From Paramoeba atlantica (Eukaryota; Protista; Discosea): a stretch of DNA of 64,000 bases. Shown piece by piece: positions 51,867 through 61,698 of this stretch. Made by a program: the position numbers and the translations under genes. The notes under the pieces were generated by a model. The model ran no database searches. It saw nothing but the letters and a program-made list of their open reading frames with translations, and was not told the origin of the DNA. Each line of letters opens with the position of its first letter. The stretch's first letter is position 1. Location of the stretch: contig CDRNVI010000065.1 of the NCBI GenBank assembly GCA_977017575.1, forward strand, positions 248,001 through 312,000, given 5' to 3'.

Positions 51867-52861
51867 TAAAAGTTGTTATCTTAGATACTTGCCATCACAA
51901 TTTCACAAATAAGCGCTTCAAATAGATAATCGTTCTAATCCTACGTCAGTAAGGTTATCAAGCTCATGAGGCATGTGTGTTCTAGTTATTCTTCGGAACG
52001 TATATTGTCGATCACTTTGCCAAAGTGAGTTTCTAGAGTGCCTATAATTGTTTGACGTAGAACGCATTCGTGCTCAAAAACGAGTTCACTGAACTTAAGA
52101 GTTTCATCCAGAGCGTGCTCTCGGTCACTTTCACTCATTTCGAAAATGGAGCGAAACCAGAGAACTTTTTTCTCAACCCACCTTTTTGATGGTCTAACAA
52201 CAACCGAAGTAAAGTCCACTAGAAAAATAGCCGTTGTGGCTTGCACAAGTTGTCACTGGCTTGCAGTGGCAGTACGCATGAGGTCCATTAAGTAGTGACA
52301 GGAAAGTAGTGACAGGATTTTTTCCCTAAAACAAAAAAAATACCGATCGAATCGGTCGAAGTTGCATTTATAATTACTTATGAAAGACATAGGAATTATA
52401 AGTCATAAGGGAGTAAAAGTGCGAGTTCAAGGCGTATTTATAATTACTTATGGAGGGGTGAGTATGTTCCGTTACAAAAATCATTTTTGAACACAGCGAG
52501 AAAAATGCATAAAAACACGTCAAAATAATGTAGAAATCAGGCAAGTTCAAACTTTCCTTGTTGTATTCTAAAAGCAGTGTGTTTTACATTCTTTGTCTTA
52601 TCGTGTGCTATAACCTTCAAGAAGGAAGAGCTCCTAATGCTCAGCGCCGGCAAGTCTAGCAATAAAATTTCGGAAAACGACTCTTACAGTTAAATATTAT
52701 CGTTCCCTTATTTAGGCAAAAATATATGAGGCTCGTTCTTTGAAGGCAATAAATATCTCTTTCATGAAACAAATAAAACATCTTGTTGAATGTGACCAAG
52801 GTAACAATGAGAAAAATGATAGGGCTAAGCGATTATAATGGTGATGAAATCAATGAAACTA

Positions 52862-53731
52862 TTATGACGCGAATAATTGATTCGTGGGTCTTGAAGGCGG
52901 GGGACCATTATGCATTGGAGACGATGGCACATGCTGCAGATTGTTTGGTAGGAGACTTGGTAAGGTTCGCACGGCGGAAATCGAAGGTGATGGACGAGAA
53001 TGGGAAAGGTTATCCTGCAAGGGTGTTCGCCATGCCATCCCCCCTGCACGCGTTAAGTTAGATGGTGCAGGATTAGGTGAAGGATTTCTGCTCGTATCGT
53101 AGAGAGATGAGTTGGGAGGTCCTAAGTTACTCATCTCATGACGCACTCCGGGAAAAAGTGGGGCGTTCGGGTTTATAGTAGAATTGGCTACATAAGCCAT
53201 GGTGGCTTTACGGGGTGTTGAAATGTTCGCTGAATTGCGTGCTATAATTCCTTTGGGAGGAAAATACTTTGTGTTCTGGGCAGAAGTGTGAGCCTCAATA
53301 CGCTCCTGGAGAAGGTGCACCTTTTTCTTTTGCTCTTCGAGCATGTAAGAAATATTATTTTTCTCGGCTTCACAGGAGGCAAGTTCCTTTTTTGTCACAT
53401 CATGGTGCGCTACCGTCTTCTGTAAAGCGGTGTTTAGGTAGCTCAAGAGCTCTTTTACCCGACCACAACACTCCCTGTCCTGTCGTTGCTGAAATTCTAG
53501 AACGCGTACTGCTTGTTGTAAGAGCTTCATGGGATCTCCCATGATGTAATTTTTAACATCAGATGGAAAATTCGGAGCGCCGAGACGAACTACTTGACAG
53601 GTTTTTTTACATCTAGGACATTGGTGTTGGGGGACTTTCATGGCGCAACGAACGCAGATGAAGTGCTGGCAACTGGTGTACAGAGCATTAGAATCACATT
53701 CGCTCCAACACACTATACATATTGGTCGCAT
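52862..53731 (-). CDS. RNF212: RNF212/Zip3-like RING-coiled-coil protein (meiotic crossover factor family)
   Basis: CIVC..YTSCQHFICVRC..CPRCKKTC RING, then 'FPSDVKNYIMGDP..VLEFQQRQ' coiled coil and a Ser/Pro-rich tail; ATG at 53731. Confidence 0.7.
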   Translation of the reverse strand: MRPICIVCWSECDSNALYTSCQHFICVRCAMKVPQHQCPRCKKTCQVVRLGAPNFPSDVKNYIMGDPMKLLQQAVRVLEFQQRQDRECCGRVKELLSYLNTALQKTVAHHDVTKKELASCEAEKNNISYMLEEQKKKVHLLQERIEAHTSAQNTKYFPPKGIIARNSANISTPRKATMAYVANSTINPNAPLFPGVRHEMSNLGPPNSSLYDTSRNPSPNPAPSNLTRAGGMAWRTPLQDNLSHSRPSPSISAVRTLPSLLPNNLQHVPSSPMHNGPPPSRPTNQLFAS

Positions 53732-54439
53732 AGGCACAAATAACCCAATTATACAAGTATAGTGAATCTAAATGTATATCTAAATAAAGATTTATAGTTG
53801 GGCCTTCATCATACTTTCATACACTGTATACTGTACCCCACGTACTCAAGAGTCCTTTTTGACGGAGCCTCGGGCTACCTGCGGTGCGAAGCCCTGCCAG
53901 ATATTTTTTGTTTTAGATTTTTTTGTCGGTTCATTGCATTTAGTTGCGTTTTTAACATTTCCAAGCTACTTGGAACTACTTTATATTCGATGGTACTCCG
54001 AGGAAGCAGCAGACTACGGGCAGGCGTGATACACAACTACGCTCCTCAACCCCCTTCAACCCTCTCGCGAATTTATCAAAGTTCCTCTCCCCTCCGATCA
54101 CCCTCCTCACAAGAGTACGGCAAATCTGCCGACCAACTCCGTTGATCTATCTCCCCACTTAACCACGGGAACCTTCCGTCACCCCGTTCCCGAGAAAGAC
54201 CGGACTTCGAAACAACAAAAATAGAAAGAGAAAAAGGGAAGCAAACAAAATAGCAAGAGCAGATGAGCTCCAAGAATCTGTGGCCCGGTCGAGCCCGATG
54301 TAAAGTGTCGCAATTCTGCCAAAACAACACGTAAACAATTGGTTTTTTACGTGCATACATGTGTATTTTCGTGCCCTTGCCCATATTTTCGTGCCCCCCC
54401 TGTATGTCTCTTTGTATCTGAAAAGCTTATGAATTTTTT

Positions 54440-55345
54440 ATATAGGGGGGAATAGTATTGAGTCTAACTTTTTTATCTACATTTCCAACTTTCCAACACA
54501 TTAGGTTGCTGTACGAGGGTGGGAGACTTGAAGGTCGCAAAACGCAATGACGCCGTCACGCCGAGGGGGAGGAGCGCGGAGAGAGAAACGGGGCGACAGA
54601 CGCGAGGGCAAGAGGAGGCGACGCACGAGCCCATCTGCCAGGACCTCTGCCCCCACCCCGTGAGCAAGTATATAATACTTTGGGCTGCTGGCACGCGGGT
54701 GGGGGACGCAAGAGAGAAACACAGAGGGACAAGCGCACTGTGGAGGAAGGATGGGGTGGGGGGATGCGGTGCAGAGGAATGATGGGACGGGGGATGATGG
54801 GGGGATGTCGACCAGACAGAGAGTGTTTGAGGGGGGTGCCCTCCCATGGTGGAGAAGATCTTGTAGGGAAGAAAAGGGGAAATAATTGAACAAGGTACAG
54901 AAACTGTATCTTTATCGTCAAACTGTATCTTTATCGTTTTTGTTTTGCAAATAATTGGGGGGAAATAGTATTGAGTCTAACTTTTTATGTATTGAGTCCA
55001 ACTTTTCCACAATTTCCACACTAACAGCCCTTCACATTCCCTTACTCCCCATACTTTCCACACCTACTCCCCTTAGCCCTCTCGTGCTTCCCTTCCCTCA
55101 CTCCCTACCCCACTCACCGATCCGCACGCACCCAGGCCCGTATGGTCCAGCACCTCCTCTCCCACCCCGTTAGCAGCAATAAATACTTTTGGTTGCCGTA
55201 CGAGGGTGGGAGGCGTGGAGGTCAAACGCAAAGACGCCGTCACGCCGAGGGGGAAGAGCACGGAGAGAGGGCGACTGACGCGGGGGAAGGAGGAAACGAC
55301 GCACCAGTCCAACGATATGGACCTCTGCCCCCACCCCGTTTTTTT
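54440..55345 (-). repeat. Decayed GC-rich array of ~175-bp monomers plus a duplicated AATAGTATTGAGTCTAACTTTTT motif
   Basis: Monomers at about 54504-54680 and 55190-55340, partial ones at 54682-54710 and 55142-55190. The short motif occurs at about 54451 and 54964. Confidence 0.8.
54895..54937 (-). other. Spliced-leader (mini-exon)-like relic with partial tandem copy
   Basis: Minus strand reads ACGATAAAGATACAGTTT-G-ACGATAAAGATACAGTTTCTGTAC. GATACAGTTTCTGTAC matches the conserved kinetoplastid SL core as recalled. No ATTG|GT donor follows. Confidence 0.6.
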
Positions 55346-55786
55346 ATAATCCCCTGAACCCATTAGCGCACGCCCCTCGGGTACCAATTTTGTACCGACA
55401 TGCGCTATCTGGGAGTTCCCCTTCTGAATGGCTACCCCGATTGCCATGATAAAATGGCTGAGGCAACCATTTTTGTGTTGAAAATTCTTGTTGAAAACTT
55501 TCCTTAATTTTCGTAGCGTACTAGATATATTTTCGGATAGATATATTTTCGGATCTTGATACAAAACAAAAAAGAATGTGGGCGCATTCACGCACTGAGA
55601 TTACCCATACGATACACGCAGGTGCCATGAGTTGCGCATTCGCTCGCTCTACGAACATCTACATAAAATATTTCTGTCCATACAGCACCTCAACAAAAGG
55701 GAAAGATCTATGCTTGCACAGTACAAAAATCGCTTGGAAAGTGAGGTTGTTTGTTTACCATAAATTGTGAATGTGTACAGTACGTG

Positions 55787-56788
55787 TTAGTAGGATTGGG
55801 CGTTCGAGAACGAAATGTTTTCCAATATATTCGAAGAAAGCATTCCTCTACCACATTTTTCGTAAGCTTGTGCTCCTGCACATCGAACAATGTGGCATCC
55901 CACGTGTACGGCGTGGGCTACGCAACCCGATATGTCTTCGTGTATATCTTCCGAATTCTCATAAGACGAGTTTACTTGAAAGTTCTTTTTGTCAATAGAG
56001 ACATCCTCTTTCGGGGACAAAGCTTGTGACAAACTCTGTGGCATTCGAAAATCACGGATGTTGCACCAAGTCAAGAGTCCACCGATGACCCCACAGAGTA
56101 GATCGCCTTGCCCGCCAACCCGGCGCGGACATACCGGCCGAAACGTTCGAGCTGGACTTGCATTCGTTTCCTCCAGGCAACCTGACGTTCCCTTGCACGG
56201 CGGCTTCACGATGATGTCTTCGCGACCTTTTACAAGCACAACAGGGCCGCCCAAAAAAGAGGCAAGCTGCTCAGCATGTTTTTGCAGAGATTGCACATCT
56301 GCACCCTTACTTTGGATATGAAACTGGGCACAGAGTTTATGAAATTCTCGCTCATTCGGTGTCAGAACGGCTATGCGATAGCCCTGAAGGTGGTTCAAGA
56401 CTCGTGGAACAAGTTCCAGTGCCTCAGCGTCCAATATCAATGGTTGCTTAAGTTCAACACATTTGGCAATGATTTCCGTTAGTATTTTCTTTTCGTTTTC
56501 TGTTCGGTTTCCAAGTCCAGGACCAATAATAACGCAGTGATGACTGAATTTATTTGATAATATTTTTTCGTATGGAAACGATACTATAAGGTCAGGAGAG
56601 TAACATTTTATGGGAAGAGCGGAGGTAGCAGATTCCGTAAATATACGAGCAATATCGCATCCCAATTTTAGAGCGGCCATCGAAGCGAAATAGGGTGCAC
56701 CAGAATAATCTTCACTACCTCCTACTACTGCGATCCGTCCACAATCACCCTTCCTAAGCTCTCCAATAAGTTTCGGGGCGCATCGCAT
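55787..56788 (-). CDS. NAXD: ATP-dependent NAD(P)H-hydrate dehydratase (YjeF C-terminal/carbohydrate kinase)
   Basis: RKGDCGRIAVVGGSEDYSGAPYFASMAALKLG, IIGPGLG, LILDAEAL, LTPNEREF, RRVGGQGDLLCG. The track start at 56884 lies inside a MITE; the host ATG is likely 56788. Confidence 0.92.
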   Translation of the reverse strand: MRCAPKLIGELRKGDCGRIAVVGGSEDYSGAPYFASMAALKLGCDIARIFTESATSALPIKCYSPDLIVSFPYEKILSNKFSHHCVIIGPGLGNRTENEKKILTEIIAKCVELKQPLILDAEALELVPRVLNHLQGYRIAVLTPNEREFHKLCAQFHIQSKGADVQSLQKHAEQLASFLGGPVVLVKGREDIIVKPPCKGTSGCLEETNASPARTFRPVCPRRVGGQGDLLCGVIGGLLTWCNIRDFRMPQSLSQALSPKEDVSIDKKNFQVNSSYENSEDIHEDISGCVAHAVHVGCHIVRCAGAQAYEKCGRGMLSSNILENISFSNAQSY

Positions 56789-56829
56789 GTGTTTTGTTTT
56801 TGGTACAAATGAAACTGATTTATGTAATA

Positions 56830-57618
56830 CAGTGGTTTCAGTTGATCTTGCCCCCCCCTCGGAATTTTGATTTTTTTTATCCATTTTTGATCATCTTTGC
56901 AGCATTGGAGAGATCTCGTTCCCCTAGCGAAGAGCATTGCCGCCTTTTTTTCATAGAGACCCCCTGGTGCCCCCTGGGTGACCCGAAAGTTGACCAAAAT
57001 AAAAAATAATGGCATTTTTTTACCGTATCAAAAATGGAACAAAAAACGGATTTTATGTCCAAAAGTTAACTCTGAAGGAAAAAAACTAGTATCCGGAATG
57101 GCCTCCATTGTTTTGCAACATTTTTTGAAGTCTATTAGGGACTGAATCAATTGTGTTGCACACTTTACGTTTTTCTTGAGGACGTTTTAGAATCTGAAAA
57201 GCTATTGGGGGATTGTCTTCTCTTTTGTCATTCCATCCTTGTACGGACTCCCCCTGTTTGGGGTTAGAGGGTCTGGTCTGCATAATGTAGAGGTGTTGAC
57301 TATATTAAATTAGGCGATAGGGATGGTAATAGACATAGAGCTTTCAAATTATCAATTTAGAACACTATTATTCGTACTTACGTGTTCAAAATGTACAAAA
57401 AATCGAGAAAATGTGACAAAAAATGGTTGTGTACACAGAAAACGTCCAAAAAACAGTGTTTTTCGGACCCAGGGGGCACCAGGCGGTCTCTATGAAAAAA
57501 AGGCGGCAAAGCTCTTCGCTAGGGGAACGAGATCTCTCCAATGCTGCAAAGATGAGCAAAAATGGATAAAAAAAATCAAAATTCCGAGGGGGGGGGGCAA
57601 GATCAACTGAAACCACTG
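56830..57618. mobile_element. MITE-D, 789 bp, ~150-bp near-perfect TIRs starting CAGTGGTTTCAG, TA TSD
   Basis: 56830-56979 versus 57467-57618 inverted, with only a few mismatches. TA at 56828-29 and 57619-20. Confidence 0.93.
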
Positions 57619-57765
57619 TATATGCCCTCACGAATTACTAGTCTAACTGAACTAAAATCAGTAGCAAAAGCAAATAGATTCTTGAATCTGTATTTTACAT
57701 GAGTATGAACATTGCGACATTAGATGAGTATGCATATAGCGACGAATAGTAAAATCGGGTGTGTT

Positions 57766-59058
57766 CTAGAGTCCATATTCACACTGACCAGCTCGTGCGA
57801 TATACCGCACCATTTTTGTGGCGTCATATTTCATCTGCGGCTCGTGAACTTTCAAAAATCGAACTTGGAAACCACTCGGCGAAAGCAGTGGGATCTCAAA
57901 TTCAATCAATATCGGAAGATGGCTGGACTCCGTACCGTGGTGATCAGAGGTTTTCAGCAGCTGTGTGATCTCTGCCGCGAAACGCGCCTCCGACCCACCT
58001 CGTACTTTGGAGAGTTGCCACCGGATACCACATTTCGAGGGATCGTACTTTGCCTTACCGCTGCTGACATGTACGGTGACACTTGATGTGTTGGTAGGGC
58101 ACGGTACGTGGACCGTCACATGGGAGGCATACAGAGACCGGTCAAACGCCGCACGGAGGTTAAACTCCACCTCCTGTCGCGTCGTGCTCAGTTCCTTTCG
58201 CAGAGAGGACACGATGAGAAAGGGTAGGGTAAGGTTTTGGCAGACACGGTACTGCATTAAGGTTGTTTCCCCCTCGGGAGGGGTAAAACAAATGGTTCGA
58301 TCAGAGTGGTACTGGGCCAGTGAGACGCAAGAGTGGAAGAATACCGCAGACAGAAACACGTGAGAGCGCTTATTGGCTCGTGATGGGATATTTTGTGGTC
58401 CGATGTCATTAATGCCCAGAACACACTCGGGCATCCCGCTGAGAGAAGTCTTGAGCGAAACATTGCCCACAACATCACACTGAAGAATTTCTCCTGAGTT
58501 TGTCACGTGAAAATTAAATCTTTCTACCACGTCAATGTACACTTCATTCTTTTTATGCGTTACACCGGATCTTCTCCATGGAACTACACCGCTCACTCGG
58601 GTCGTGATCTCCTGTTCAGCGCTCCTCGTGAGTGTATGCTCCGTACCGACATGCGAGGCAATATCTTTGAGAGCGCTAGCCTCGGTAAATTGAATATGAC
58701 CCAAGGGAACTGCTTCACTAATTATTGACTGAATGAGAACCACATTCTCTCTAAGCAACTCTTCACAAAAGTTTCCGAGAATAGTTTCACATGTTGCTTT
58801 AAATTTATGTAGAAAATGTAGCACACCAACAGTGGATGTCGTGTAGGAAGTGAACGCAACAAGGTAAATGTTGTTGTATACAACACTTATTACGGCATGT
58901 TCCCCTACTCCGACAATCGCCAATTTGTCTTGTTTTTGGAGGGCGATTTCAGATTGAAAGGCTTCCAAGGCCTGCTGGAGACCACACCTCGCGTCAAATA
59001 CCCTCGAAAGCAATATCTCTCTTCTGGAAGAAAGAATAAAGAACGCCGTGATGCTCAT
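57766..59058 (-). CDS. Adaptor complex mu subunit (AP-2 mu-like)
   Basis: MSITAFFILSSRREILLSR start, VPWRRSGVTHKKNEVYIDVVE, LSGMPECVLGIND, FHSCVSL, FTPPEGE..LMQYR, SPSGFQVRFLKVHEP..KMVRYI. Confidence 0.92.
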   Translation of the reverse strand: MSITAFFILSSRREILLSRVFDARCGLQQALEAFQSEIALQKQDKLAIVGVGEHAVISVVYNNIYLVAFTSYTTSTVGVLHFLHKFKATCETILGNFCEELLRENVVLIQSIISEAVPLGHIQFTEASALKDIASHVGTEHTLTRSAEQEITTRVSGVVPWRRSGVTHKKNEVYIDVVERFNFHVTNSGEILQCDVVGNVSLKTSLSGMPECVLGINDIGPQNIPSRANKRSHVFLSAVFFHSCVSLAQYHSDRTICFTPPEGETTLMQYRVCQNLTLPFLIVSSLRKELSTTRQEVEFNLRAAFDRSLYASHVTVHVPCPTNTSSVTVHVSSGKAKYDPSKCGIRWQLSKVRGGSEARFAAEITQLLKTSDHHGTESSHLPILIEFEIPLLSPSGFQVRFLKVHEPQMKYDATKMVRYIARAGQCEYGL

Positions 59059-59419
59059 TGTTTGTAACAGACAGATAAAAGTCAGACTGATATTACTGAT
59101 GAAACTACCCGGTTGCAATAAAAAATAAGTGAAACGTTAATTATATTTTTCTACACAGAAAAAAAAAACAGGTGATTCGTAGAAGTCTTTAGTTAGTATT
59201 ACATAAAATATTTAGTTCTCTTTAAAGTCAACCAACGTTACAAAATCATTTGCTTACGTACAAAATTACGCCCATGCCGATCGTAGCAGGTTCTCCTTGC
59301 ACGAAGACCACGATAATTCACTCCGCAACACTTCATTCCACACTAAAATGGTGACATTTTGGAGTAGGGCTCAGTAAATTGTAAAAATAGTGATAATACG
59401 GTCAAGCAGTAACCGCTCT

Positions 59420-60967
59420 TTAAGTTTGTCTACGTTCATGATGAAGCGGTCTTGAAAGAAACCCATGCAACATTTTGGTATCTTGTTCACTTACATTGAG
59501 CGGAACCCCATCTCCAGTATATTTCCCAAGGAGGGCGTGTAAATCGTACTGAGGGTCACCGCACAAAATATGTATCGCGTTTTCCGTAATAGCAGCCGTG
59601 CATGAACTTCTCGCAATGACTACTTCTCTTTTGGCCTCTAACACAGGAAAAACGTCAAGTACGTCCTCTTTCGCAAGACTCTTCACTGCGAAATAAGATT
59701 TAGCAATTTCATTTTGAAAAATTTGTTCCGCTACAAATGGAAAACACAAGAAGCGATGTTGAATTTCTCCCAATGCGCGGCGAGCCTGACGAAGCCGTAT
59801 GGGACGACGTATTTCATTTTTGCGATAAATTGTAGTGCGATGAGTGTCGTGGGGGTGCAGAGCGCAAAGACCGTCAACGTACAGAGAAGGATCCACCATT
59901 TTATCCTCAAGAAATAGCGCAAAAGCAATGTCAATATTGTAGATTTGATCACAGCAAACATCAAAGGTTTCGACATCCTGAATCGGGTCAGAATCTAACA
60001 TTCGACGTTGAATAATACTTTTTTGGCCATCCATGACGTACCGTTTCATACGATGAGACAGCACACCTTGAACACATTGCACGGAGAAGGCACGTGCTAC
60101 ACTTTCGATGCAGCGCGTAATATCAGTGTTAGTCATTCCTGGATGTAGCAAGCGCGTTGCAGACGCACATGCAATGTCGGTAGCTAAGATGAGTTTGTGT
60201 TTCAAATGAGATTTTAAGTTGCCTTCTGAAGAAAACACTTCTTTCATTATGGTTTGCTTCATTATGGTAGAAGACAAGCTAGGTTCATATCCTGCCCTTC
60301 CGACAACTGTAGTTGTTGCAGCAATAGCAATGTAGCCATCGATGTGACAGCTTAAATGAATCTTTACTAAGTCACCAGGAAGCAGCTTTTGATCCTCGTT
60401 ACCTACACTGTAGTTACATGCAATGTTGTTGATGCTCAGAGTAGTGGGAAATGCAATTCCTTTGTACAACTGATCTTTAGCATTGCTCCTTCGCTTAGTG
60501 TAAACAGTATTGCACTTTTCAAGAAGCAATTGATCAACTGTGCTGCAAATTTTCTGCGTTGAAGGATCCTCCCCTTGACAGAGTTGCACTGCATGTAGCA
60601 AACATTCATTTACAAACTTGCCAGACAGCTTATATTTAGTGAGTACCTCAGCGTTTCCGACAGTTTCGCTCTCATCTTCAGAGAGGTTAGAAACTTCAAA
60701 ATTTTCTTGTAGTTCTTCATCACCGCTCATACAAATTTTCATATCATTCATATCAGTGTTTTCATGTAATAGAGGAGAAGTCAAAGTTTTCCGGAGTTTG
60801 TGTAAGTGGTGACTTGTACTTCTTTCGCCTTGCATGGCCACAACACTCTTCGAACGTCTGCGGCTAAGTCCACGCGCCATGAAGCTAATGTAGAAACGGA
60901 AAACAAAAGATGATTGGATAGTGTTAAGGACAATAGCATAATCCCTTAAAGCAAAAAAGACATACAC
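59420..60967 (-). CDS. PA2G4/EBP1-like (non-catalytic M24 aminopeptidase fold)
   Basis: KGIAFPTTLSINN, GDLVKIHLSCHIDGYIA, VQGVLSHRMKRYVMDGQKSII. True start uncertain (probably MARGLS). Confidence 0.85.
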   Translation of the reverse strand: MYVFFALRDYAIVLNTIQSSFVFRFYISFMARGLSRRRSKSVVAMQGERSTSHHLHKLRKTLTSPLLHENTDMNDMKICMSGDEELQENFEVSNLSEDESETVGNAEVLTKYKLSGKFVNECLLHAVQLCQGEDPSTQKICSTVDQLLLEKCNTVYTKRRSNAKDQLYKGIAFPTTLSINNIACNYSVGNEDQKLLPGDLVKIHLSCHIDGYIAIAATTTVVGRAGYEPSLSSTIMKQTIMKEVFSSEGNLKSHLKHKLILATDIACASATRLLHPGMTNTDITRCIESVARAFSVQCVQGVLSHRMKRYVMDGQKSIIQRRMLDSDPIQDVETFDVCCDQIYNIDIAFALFLEDKMVDPSLYVDGLCALHPHDTHRTTIYRKNEIRRPIRLRQARRALGEIQHRFLCFPFVAEQIFQNEIAKSYFAVKSLAKEDVLDVFPVLEAKREVVIARSSCTAAITENAIHILCGDPQYDLHALLGKYTGDGVPLNVSEQDTKMLHGFLSRPLHHERRQT

Positions 60968-61047
60968 TTACGACGGAACAGGACTGAAAGCAGTAAAATA
61001 TTCTGCCTCATTTTTACAACAGGTTAAACCTTGTTTTATCTGAGTTT

Positions 61048-61596
61048 TCAACTACGGTGACGCGTTGCAGACCCGCGTTTCGAGCGTATTTTTAGTTTGG
61101 CTTTACTTGGTTTCTCATGACGATTTCCTCTAGACGATTTCTTTTTAATGTTATTGGGATCTTGCTCTTTATGCTTAGCCATTCGAAAGGTACGTATTTT
61201 ACTTTTTTGTATCCCGCTGACTGATCCCTTCCGAGAGTCTACATCACGGCTTTTTACCTCTTTCAATTTTTGTTTCATATTTCTTGTTTTTTGATTCTTT
61301 ACTCTTCTACGATGTTTCCTCTGCTTTATTGGGTCATCAATTATCTTTTCGCCCCTAATTCTGCCCAGCGCGGCATTCGCCAGAGATATTGTTTTAGGCA
61401 TCGATAACTCTCTAGCACGTGGTTTAATGTTCGATATGGAAGAAAAATCGTTTCTCATAGTACCAATTTGTGATGAGCCAAGTAAGCGACTTTGAATCGA
61501 AAATTGGATGTCATTGCATTCAACCACCATGTTACTATGTAGGGAAGGATTAATAAGGATATACCTGACCAAATCTATTCGGATCTTCAATACCAA
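61048..61596 (-). CDS. Basic nucleolar protein, SURF6/Rrp14-like
   Basis: 'AALGRIRGEKIIDDP' resembles the SURF6 motif (AL.RA.G.KV.DDP), followed by a Lys/Arg-rich tail. Start uncertain. Confidence 0.55.
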   Translation of the reverse strand: MVLKIRIDLVRYILINPSLHSNMVVECNDIQFSIQSRLLGSSQIGTMRNDFSSISNIKPRARELSMPKTISLANAALGRIRGEKIIDDPIKQRKHRRRVKNQKTRNMKQKLKEVKSRDVDSRKGSVSGIQKSKIRTFRMAKHKEQDPNNIKKKSSRGNRHEKPSKAKLKIRSKRGSATRHRS

Positions 61597-61698
61597 AAAA
61601 TATTCTTACTAACACACTGTCCTACAGCACATCCAGCTCAATCTGGGACGCTTAAATTAAACGTCTATGTATTAAACGTCTATGTATGTTGAGAACAA

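Noticed and set aside
52783-53061. 92-aa plus-strand ORF
   Set aside because: Antisense to the RNF212-like tail; no supporting motif.
54860-54940. Intact SL RNA gene
   Set aside because: The SL 5' end (AACTAACGCT) and the ATTG|GT donor are absent, so it is reported only as a relic.
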